Shown piece by piece: positions 41,415-48,598 of a stretch of DNA of 64,000 nucleotides. The position numbers were made by a program, and so were the translations under genes. Location of the stretch: the IMG/VR virus record IMGVR_UViG_3300034062_004002, one strand, 5' to 3'. Within the stretch, counting starts at the first letter, position 1, and each line of letters opens with the position of its first letter. Origin of the DNA: an uncultured virus (IMG/VR IMGVR_UViG_3300034062_004002). Taxonomy: Duplodnaviria > Heunggongvirae > Uroviricota > Caudoviricetes. The notes beneath the pieces are model-generated. The model searched no databases. It saw only the letters and a list, made by a program, of their open reading frames with translations, and was not told where the DNA came from.

Positions 41415-42818
41415 TTAAACCCTTTTTCGGAAATTCAAGATTTTATTTTCAAATAATTCAGGATTATGTAGGAAGTCTTGGAATTCCTCAAGAGTATAAC
41501 TTCTTGGTTCACCCATTGTCCCACCTGATTTGTAATATGTTAAAAATATTTTATTAGTTTTTGGGTCTATTTTTTGAATTCTAAAACTTTCGGATGGATT
41601 CCCTCTAGTTAATTTATAAGCTCTATTTAAATCGTATTGTGATAAAACTTTATCAATTATTTCTCTAAATTTAGTTAGATTTGGATACTTATTACTATCC
41701 TCAATTTCTTCTAATATTTTTTCTAACTCATACTTTGCGTTTCTATTAACAGAATCGATATCTAAATTTCCACTACCATAGTCGTACATAGAGTCCTCAT
41801 ATGGTCCAACCGACATTGTATGACCAATCTTTGATAACATCTCTGTTAAGTCCACATGTCTTTCTTTCTCAATATTATACATCGCCAATAAGACATTAAC
41901 AGTTGTTACATATGAGTAAAAACATCCTGACTTAGCAAATAACCCGTAATTTTGAAATGCGTCACATAATTCATTTGTTACATACTCTTCAGCGGCTTCT
42001 TGCATTGCAGAATTTTTTTCATTTGAAAAATCATCAATAATGTTGTCAATTTGTCGGCTAAAAGTGTCTCTCAATAATTCTGAAGCATCCTTATATGGTT
42101 CGTCATCCTTAAGTTCCGCAATTTCAGGTTTAACATAAATTAAAATTTGTTTAATTAACGCAATGTTTTCTTCATTAAGCTCACTCATTAAATAACCCTC
42201 ATCCCAATCATGATATCCCGTATCACTTGAGTAAAACATTGAGTCGTAATGGTATGATGAACTAAATAAAGTTTTTAAAAACCATATATCCCCCTCACCT
42301 AAATCAAATAAATTAAAATAATCCTCATTATCGGTAAATTTAAGTGTAACCATACTTTTACCAGGGGTGTTCTTGTTAAATTTGAATCCTCCTATTAATC
42401 CATCAATATCGGATAACTTATATACATCAATTTCTTCCCCACCACTAATTCTCTTTAATGCCCCATAAATGTTACTAACACCAATGGCCTCATAAAGTTT
42501 ATCTCTAATTACAGGAAATTTCTCAAGAATATCAGTAATTGTTAAACTATTGTTGTCATAACCAATGTATTCAATTACTCCTTTATGTGGTTTGTGAATT
42601 AAATACGATAATGTCGGAGTAAGATAATCACCTTCTTTATCGACAATAATATAATTATCCCCATCACGATATCTATTATAATATTTAGAAAAAAATGGAG
42701 GCCCAAAATATTTTGCGGACTCCAAAGTGTTACATTTTAATAACATAACCTTATCATCTTCATAGAAGATTTGACTACCGTCATAAGCTTCGTTTTTGTT
42801 TTCCTCTGTCTCTGTCAT
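41415..42818 (-). CDS. hypothetical acidic protein
   Basis: Long ORF; ATG 42818 preferred because the ORF-track start overlaps the tmRNA promoter. Confidence 0.75.
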   Translation of the reverse strand: MTETEENKNEAYDGSQIFYEDDKVMLLKCNTLESAKYFGPPFFSKYYNRYRDGDNYIIVDKEGDYLTPTLSYLIHKPHKGVIEYIGYDNNSLTITDILEKFPVIRDKLYEAIGVSNIYGALKRISGGEEIDVYKLSDIDGLIGGFKFNKNTPGKSMVTLKFTDNEDYFNLFDLGEGDIWFLKTLFSSSYHYDSMFYSSDTGYHDWDEGYLMSELNEENIALIKQILIYVKPEIAELKDDEPYKDASELLRDTFSRQIDNIIDDFSNEKNSAMQEAAEEYVTNELCDAFQNYGLFAKSGCFYSYVTTVNVLLAMYNIEKERHVDLTEMLSKIGHTMSVGPYEDSMYDYGSGNLDIDSVNRNAKYELEKILEEIEDSNKYPNLTKFREIIDKVLSQYDLNRAYKLTRGNPSESFRIQKIDPKTNKIFLTYYKSGGTMGEPRSYTLEEFQDFLHNPELFENKILNFRKRV

Positions 42819-42845
42819 ATTTATATCAAATAAATACTTTGAAAA

Positions 42846-42897
42846 TTTGTTATCGTCAGATTTATTCGTATATTTGTAAAACAATAGTTCTTTAACA
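42846..42897 (+). promoter_or_regulatory. Bacteroidota promoter plus boxA upstream of tmRNA
   Basis: TTTG (42846-49), 19 nt, TATATTTG (42869-76), then GTTCTTTAACA (42887-97). Confidence 0.8.
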
Positions 42898-42901
42898 TCA
42901 T

Positions 42902-43315
42902 GGGGGTAAATTGGAATTGACTGACATAGTTGGTTGTTCGGGGCATGTCAAGGCTGAGCTAACCTTGTAAAACTGGTTTAAATCGATATACGGCAACGTT
43001 ATCAACAAACTTTCTGCAGTAGGATTAATCCGCACTGAAGAAAATGTTTCAGTAGCCTAAGGCGAAAAAAACAACGGGTAGATAGACTTATACCTAGGAA
43101 CAGAACAGTCTTCATGGTGTGACATCTACCATAAAAGGTGTAAACTCTAACCAATCAGAGGATAATCAGATGGCAGAGGATAAGTTCTCAGTAAACCGAA
43201 CTGTATAATAAGGGAACTGTGGGATTTCGGATTGTTAGATTAAACAATGACCTAAACATGTAGTCCTTAATAATCGTTATGGACAACTACGAGGGTTCGA
43301 GTCCCTCTATCTCCA
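42902..43315 (+). ncRNA. ssrA: tmRNA
   Basis: 5' GGGGGTAAATTGGAATTGAC; acceptor GGGGGTA/TATCTCC with G3.U; T-arm GAGGG-TTCGAGT-CCCTC; tag frame 42992-43060 GNVINKLSAVGLIRTEENVSVA*; CCA not encoded. Confidence 0.92.
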
Positions 43316-43372
43316 CATTTAACATTTTTGTTCTTTTACTATATTTTGAAATATTTATAGTGAAAGAACAAA

Positions 43373-44053
43373 ATGCCAAGAAAAAAACCTAATTTCCACT
43401 ATATCTATAAAACCATTTGTAATTTTAATCAAAAATACTATATCGGAATGCACAGCACATCTAATTTAGAGGATGGGTATATGGGTAGTGGTAAAAGATT
43501 AAGATATTCAATAAGAAAGTATGGTAAGGATAACCACACTAAAATTATTATAGAGTTTTTACCTAACAGAGAATCATTAAAAGAACGTGAAATTGAAATT
43601 GTTAATTCGGATTTATTATTAGATGAAAATTGTATAAATCTTAAAACAGGTGGTTATGGTGGAGGGAAATTTTATTCTGAAGAACATAAATTAAAATGTT
43701 CTAAATCCGGTAATGAAATGTTTTTAAAAAAAATGCAAGATGAGGAGTATCGGAAAGAGTTTTCGAAAAAATTAAGTAATGCTTATAAAAAACAAGTTCT
43801 TGAAGGTAAACGAGAAAAAAAATATTTTTACCATTGGAATGGGAAAACTCACACAGATGAATCTAAACAAAAAATGAGTGAAGTGAAGAAAGGGACTGGT
43901 ATTGGTATTAAAAATTCACAATACGGGACTTGTTGGATAACTAAAAATAACGAAAATAAAAAAATTAAAAAGACTGACATTAATCTGTATTTAGATGATG
44001 GATGGGTTAGAGGTAGAAATACAGGTATAACCAAAAAGATAACTAAAGTATAA
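43373..44053 (+). CDS. free-standing GIY-YIG (Seg-like) homing endonuclease with NUMOD3 motif
   Basis: HYIYKT...KYYIGMHST..YMGSG; GKTHTDESKQKMS. Confidence 0.88.
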   Translation: MPRKKPNFHYIYKTICNFNQKYYIGMHSTSNLEDGYMGSGKRLRYSIRKYGKDNHTKIIIEFLPNRESLKEREIEIVNSDLLLDENCINLKTGGYGGGKFYSEEHKLKCSKSGNEMFLKKMQDEEYRKEFSKKLSNAYKKQVLEGKREKKYFYHWNGKTHTDESKQKMSEVKKGTGIGIKNSQYGTCWITKNNENKKIKKTDINLYLDDGWVRGRNTGITKKITKV

Positions 44054-44054
44054 T

Positions 44055-44088
44055 AAAAAACCCCACCTGTTTAGGATGGGGTTTTTTT
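44055..44088. terminator. bidirectional terminator
   Basis: AAAAAACCCCA..TGGGGTTTTTTT. Confidence 0.8.
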
Positions 44089-44089
44089 G

Positions 44090-44389
44090 TTAGGATTTAA
44101 ATCCCTCAATGATTTGTAATAGTTTGTCAGCTCGTTTGTCAGTATGACTTTTAGATTCTTGATGAAGTTCATCGATACGTCTATAGATGTGGTCAACAGT
44201 AACGTCTAACTCACGTTTATTTTCGTCTAAAATTCTTTGGTCGTAATCAACATCTCTTTCATAAGATATTCTGAAATCTTCCAAATCTTTTTTTGTTCTA
44301 ACAACCTTAACTAACCCCCAAACAAGAGCAACAATAAAAATTATTGCAATAATCGAAAGGACACCTAAAGTAAAATAAAATGTTTCCAT
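44090..44389 (-). CDS. single-pass membrane protein with coiled coil
   Basis: METFYFTLGVLSIIAIIFIVALVWGLV transmembrane segment followed by a charged coiled coil. Confidence 0.7.
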   Translation of the reverse strand: METFYFTLGVLSIIAIIFIVALVWGLVKVVRTKKDLEDFRISYERDVDYDQRILDENKRELDVTVDHIYRRIDELHQESKSHTDKRADKLLQIIEGFKS

Positions 44390-44458
44390 TATTTTAAGAT
44401 TTTGTTTTTTATACCTCAAGGGTAATAAAATATAATGGAGAGTGTAGAAAAAGGAAAT

Positions 44459-44501
44459 AAAAAAAAGGGAGATAATGATGGCTAGTCAAAATCTCCCTTT
44501 T
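44459..44501 (-). terminator. terminator closing the GOLLD/tRNA transcript
   Basis: AAAAGGGAGAT...ATCTCCCTTTT, followed by a long U-run on the minus strand. Confidence 0.65.
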
Positions 44502-44885
44502 AGCCTAAACATTGTCACTCGGTAAGTTCAACCCGAGGTAGTGATTAGTGAAACCTCTACCTAACTTCTATCGTGAGTTGTGATTGGTGTACGACCTAAA
44601 CGTTTGTATGTTTATTACCCTTTATTAATTTTAAGACTTAAAGGGAACGTGGTTATAACAAAATCCACATCCTATAAAAAAAGTCCTGACAATTTTTACC
44701 ACTATATCACCTCAGGTTGTCGTGTCAAAGACAGATTGGTACTTATTACTTTTTATATTTTCTATGAGGTAGAATCGTGAAGTCACAAGATAAAACAAAC
44801 ACGCAAAGACCCAAATCATTATGTTTTCCTTCAGTTTAAACTCGTGGTGGGTGTTATGATTTAAAAAAACACGTACGGAGTCACT
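44502..44885 (-). ncRNA. candidate structured RNA (~380 nt) downstream of tRNA-Met
   Basis: No credible ORF; serial stems CTCGG/CCGAG, AGGTAG/CTACCT, CCCTTTA/TAAAGGG, CCTGA/TCAGG, AAATCAT/ATGATTT. Confidence 0.4.
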
Positions 44886-44888
44886 TAG

Positions 44889-44961
44889 TTGCGGGAGAAG
44901 GATTCGAACCTCCGACCTAAAGGTTATGAGCCTTTCGAGCTACCAACTGCTCTATCCCACT
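44889..44961 (-). tRNA. tRNA-Met(CAT), initiator-like
   Basis: AGTGGGA TA GAGC AGTTGGTA GCTC G AAAGG CTCATAA CCTTT AGGTC GGAGG TTCGAAT CCTTC TCCCGCA A; 1:72 mismatch and A11-U24. Confidence 0.93.
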
Positions 44962-44977
44962 ATATTTGGCTATAAAT

Positions 44978-45838
44978 AAGGCTGAGATTACACCTGTTTA
45001 TGAGAAACTTTAGTAGGATTATTGATTCCCCACATATCCACTTCCTTTTGAGAAGTATTCCTCAGTGACGATTGGTTAGACCAATCACTTCTTGAGATAT
45101 CAGTTACTCTCTTATTACTTAACTCTCTTCAAAGATGCCTCTCCGACTCTTCCTTATGGGAATAGAGGTTTTTGGTAAGAATACAGTCAGACTTGCGGTC
45201 TTCATGTGCAATGAACGGCTCATTACTATGTAGTCACCTTTCACTGATACCTAACGGACACTTTTGCTTATTTTTAGTTAATTTTACTTAATTTAGTATA
45301 AGTTACGTGTTGTGGATGAATCAAAGTAGCGGTCCGTTGAAGGATTCGTTCTCTTTTGGAAAACGAAATACCAAACTACTCCGTGAGATGTCCCCATCTC
45401 CATATTTTAAGATTACTTCGTACCAAGACTTTGGTAAGTCTTTGATAAGGACAGTAGCGACACCACTCGTTCTCTATCTTACCTTTCGGTTTTAAGTCCC
45501 CTCTTATATTGGTAACCGCAATCATGTAGTTGGAGACCACATTTTTTGCTTGATACCTATGGGTTATTCTTATTGGAGTTCCCTCCTCAGACTGACAATC
45601 CACATTGCCGTTCCACCCAACCACTTTCCCTAAAGCGTTGCCCTCAGTACTAAAGGTCGGATGATATCCCACTTGTGTACTCGACCTCGGTTTCCCAAGA
45701 CGCGAACCTACTAACACTTGAAGATTCACTTTATCCCACTTTCGTGGTTTATTTAACGACCATACACGGCCGATTATCTTTTTTCAGTTATCTCAGAATC
45801 AACCCGAAGGTCTCATCATAAACATCCTGATGGATAAT
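44978..45838 (-). ncRNA. giant structured RNA, probably GOLLD
   Basis: About 860 nt, GC-richer than the flanks, many stems with GAAA/GCAA/UUCG loops; two domains split by an AU linker (~45270-45305); ends AGGTGTAATCTCAGCCT directly before a tRNA. Family assigned from size, context and recalled motifs; ends approximate. Confidence 0.68.
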
Positions 45839-45845
45839 ACAATAA

Positions 45846-46333
45846 TTCAAAGAACATATCGGACGTTTCCGATTTTGTTTTACAAAGATAGTAAACTTTT
45901 TTGATTTACCAAATCTTTTTTTGTTTTTTTTTGAGATTAGGAAACCACGATTTTACAACTAACTGTCAACCCATTCTCATTTTGTTTTACAAAGATAAGA
46001 CATTTTTTTCAATCTGTCAAATCTTTTTATGGTTATTATAACTGATGCGGTAACATATTTCATTTACACTTTAAATGCGAAGGAGTCCCGTAGTCACTTT
46101 CCTCACATACAACAGTAGCCCTACGGACCTAGACTGTTTCTATAACCAATTTCTTCAAAGAACTAAATCAGACGTTCCCGATTTGTTTTACAAAGATAGT
46201 AAACTTTTTTGATTTACCAAATTTTTTTTTGTTTTTTTTTAAAAGAACTTTTTTAAATAAAAAAGGTATTGTATAAATATCACCACTTCTTTCAAATGTT
46301 TTACAAAGGTAATAAAAAAATTTTATCTGACAA
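45846..46333 (-). promoter_or_regulatory. four tandem Bacteroidota promoters with boxA elements
   Basis: -7 TAnnTTTG at 45883-90, 45990-97, 46191-98 and 46304-11, each with (T)TTG 19-20 nt upstream; boxA GTTCTTTGAA at 45846-55 and 46154-63; the 45846-45930 block is duplicated at 46154-46240. Confidence 0.8.
46030..46148 (-). ncRNA. candidate small structured RNA (~120 nt)
   Basis: Starts just after boxA; closed by TGGTTAT/ATAACCA; inner stems AACAGT/ACTGTT, GTCCGTAG/CTACGGGAC, CATTTA/TAAATG. Confidence 0.45.
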
Positions 46334-46446
46334 GACCTGTAGGTTATTTTTTTATAAAAAATAAATTTAAAAAGAAAAAGTGACGAATAAGTCGACTTAT
46401 CGTAAATAAACACGTATTTATTTATACAAATAAAAACAACAAATTT

Positions 46447-46599
46447 ATGAAAAAAGTAATTTTCGCAATAGTAATTGCAGGTAGCGTAATGTTATCATCA
46501 TGCGGTGGTTCAACCACAAAATGTGAAGTCTCATCGACTGATACAACAACAGTTGATTCTGTGGTAACTCAAACAGTCGACACCGTTAAAACAAAGTAA
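46447..46599 (+). CDS. small lipoprotein (50 aa)
   Basis: MKKVIFAIVIAGSVMLSS-CGGSTTKCEVSSTDTTTVDSVVTQTVDTVKTK*; lipobox LSSC; followed by a terminator; not in the ORF track. Confidence 0.8.
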   Translation: MKKVIFAIVIAGSVMLSSCGGSTTKCEVSSTDTTTVDSVVTQTVDTVKTK

Positions 46600-46608
46600 T
46601 TAGTTTAG

Positions 46609-46636
46609 TCCCCTTAGAAATAAGGGGATTTTTTTT
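46609..46636 (+). terminator. intrinsic terminator
   Basis: TCCCCTTA-gaaa-TAAGGGGA-TTTTTTT. Confidence 0.8.
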
Positions 46637-47204
46637 AATGGTTAATTAATTTTTTTATTTTATTAATTTCCTCTTTAATAAGTGGGTTACCATTTATAAT
46701 ATTTTCCTTAAAAAACGCATTACCAACAACACCAAATGGTAACGCAATTAAATCAATGAATGGATTTCGGGTTTTACCTGTTCTATAAGTGGATGTAGAT
46801 TTAGTTTCCTTTTCCTTTTTATTCTCAACGTCTTTTTCTCCACCGTTAGATGTTACAATATTTCCTGATAAAAATTTATTGGCATCAATCTTATCATTAT
46901 TCTTATCCGTCACCGCATACTCAATTGGAGAATCTCCAACAGTCCCAATAATACTCCCTTGTTTAACTTTATCCCCAACAAATGACATTATTCGATTAAC
47001 CTTACAAAAATTAGAGAAATAAGTATTACCATTAATATTATGAGCAATTTTAATATTACCGTCACATTTAAATTTATCTGAAGATACAACAACACCTTCT
47101 GATGGGTTACGTATTACGTCAGAATTATATGAAGAGAACTCAATTGTTTTTGAAAACATCGGAGAACTTATTCTGGCATTTGGTAATGGATTTAAAATCT
47201 TCAT
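46635..47204 (-). CDS. degenerate M23-fold protein
   Basis: EGVVV..GNIKIAH....YFSNF...VGDKVKQGSIIGTVG, but no HxxxD or HxH; C-terminal LIKEEINKIKKLI. Confidence 0.6.
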   Translation of the reverse strand: MKILNPLPNARISSPMFSKTIEFSSYNSDVIRNPSEGVVVSSDKFKCDGNIKIAHNINGNTYFSNFCKVNRIMSFVGDKVKQGSIIGTVGDSPIEYAVTDKNNDKIDANKFLSGNIVTSNGGEKDVENKKEKETKSTSTYRTGKTRNPFIDLIALPFGVVGNAFFKENIINGNPLIKEEINKIKKLINH

Positions 47205-47887
47205 AAGTCTATCATTTTTTTAATACGAGCAATTTCCTCATTTAATGGATTTGTTTTGTCGTTAGTCGATTCTGCCGTAATGGCGTTCCATAGTTTATCA
47301 CCTGTGGCTTTTAATGACTTACCATCTAGACCTAAGACACCATAAATTGAACTCCCATAATTGGTTTTACTTATTGTCGTTGTTGTAGTTACGGAAGAAT
47401 CAGTTTTTGTATCAGTTTTTGGGGCTTCAGGTGCCTCGACAGCTTTATCTATTGAAATTTGTTTACCCTTATAGTTAGCATTAATCCATCTAATAAACTC
47501 TCTAAGTGTTGATTGGTTTCCCGAAAAATCTACTCCAGCACCAACTTTTGGTTGTCCTTGGAATTCTTTATAATGAAAACTATTTTTGGCGTGTTTTCCA
47601 ATTTTACCATCCGAATCATTTTTAGCGTATGGATTTTCAGTACTTGAAAGTCCCATTCCTTGTGCCTTTTCAATTAATTTCATCATTACATCTCGATTTG
47701 TTGTTCCGATATGTAAATGGTCATCATGGTTAGTCCAAGTTATTCTATCTTTTATTTTTCCACCATCAGAACCTTTATCAAACTCATCAGCGGGATTTCC
47801 TGTTACAGGATTATAAACCAATTCATCGATTCCTGCCAAATCCGATTCGGTAACGATTAAAATATCTTCTAGTTTTGTTTTTCTCAT
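47201..47887 (-). CDS. putative zinc peptidase (M15/DD-peptidase-like motifs in permuted order)
   Basis: HDDHLHIG precedes KHAKNSFHY...GVDF; C-terminal LNEEIARIKKMI. Confidence 0.5.
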   Translation of the reverse strand: MRKTKLEDILIVTESDLAGIDELVYNPVTGNPADEFDKGSDGGKIKDRITWTNHDDHLHIGTTNRDVMMKLIEKAQGMGLSSTENPYAKNDSDGKIGKHAKNSFHYKEFQGQPKVGAGVDFSGNQSTLREFIRWINANYKGKQISIDKAVEAPEAPKTDTKTDSSVTTTTTISKTNYGSSIYGVLGLDGKSLKATGDKLWNAITAESTNDKTNPLNEEIARIKKMIDL

Positions 47888-47910
47888 AGTTATAAATAGT
47901 CTAAATACTA

Positions 47911-48519
47911 TTAGTGTTCATTTAAATGTCCCATTAAAACACCACCTATTGATGTTGCATGAACCAATAAATGATTAATCGATTCCATATCAAGTTTAGT
48001 TTTTCTTTTTGTAAAATCTAAACCTAAAGTTCCAATAAATTTCCCTTCGATAGTTTTAATTGAAAATAAATAACTTGATTTACAACCTGATTCTTCTGCG
48101 GCATATTTTAAACCATATGTTGCAATTGTCTCATCTTTAAAATCAGGAATTTCAATAACATCATTTTCTAATAATTGATTTATTGATTTGGAAAAAAGAT
48201 TTACAGGGATGTTTTGGAATCCTGTTTGAATTGAGCCGACACCAATATTAACCGATTCATATATTACACTGAATTTAGCCATCGACTTACCTGTTGGATA
48301 AAAATGACCTCCATTATGAAATTGGGTTACCCATACTCTATCTGCTTTAAATTCTTCTTTAATGTGGTCAATTTTTGAAGTAACTAATTCACTTACCTTT
48401 AACGTTTCCATCACCATGTCAGGTTTGGTTTTTCTTTTATCTAATACATTTTTTACATATAATAGAGCTATTGGCCCTAATACCCCGGTTATAAAGGCAA
48501 CAATTACTTCGTTCGACAT
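47911..48519 (-). CDS. membrane-anchored GAF-like protein, holin candidate
   Basis: N-terminal transmembrane VIVAFITGVLGPIALLYV; ADRVWVTQFHNGG..FSVIYE..SIKTIEGKFIGTLGLDF. Confidence 0.55.
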   Translation of the reverse strand: MSNEVIVAFITGVLGPIALLYVKNVLDKRKTKPDMVMETLKVSELVTSKIDHIKEEFKADRVWVTQFHNGGHFYPTGKSMAKFSVIYESVNIGVGSIQTGFQNIPVNLFSKSINQLLENDVIEIPDFKDETIATYGLKYAAEESGCKSSYLFSIKTIEGKFIGTLGLDFTKRKTKLDMESINHLLVHATSIGGVLMGHLNEH

Positions 48520-48569
48520 TAATATGAATTTATTAAGTTTTTATTTTTCTAATAAATACTTGTAAAATT

Positions 48570-48598
48570 AAAAAAGTATGACATTACGTCATACTTTT
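48570..48598 (-). terminator. intrinsic terminator
   Basis: AAAAAAGTATGAC-attac-GTCATACTTTT. Confidence 0.75.

Noticed and set aside
44580..44780. 66-aa plus-strand ORF
   Set aside because: GTG start, no promoter or recognisable motif, antisense to the RNA operon
45307..45729. ORF-track entries 45376..45729 (-) and 45307..45495 (+)
   Set aside because: They lie inside the giant structured RNA and have atypical composition
46030..46148. RNase P RNA
   Set aside because: GAGGAAAGT is present, but the RNA is only ~120 nt and the P4 partner (CCGGCUUA-like) pairs poorly
45841..46333. CRISPR array or other repeat array
   Set aside because: The repeats are duplicated promoter blocks with irregular spacing; no repeat-spacer array or cas gene was seen in the window
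46168..46413. 81-aa minus-strand ORF
   Set aside because: A Phe/Lys-rich translation of promoter A/T tracts
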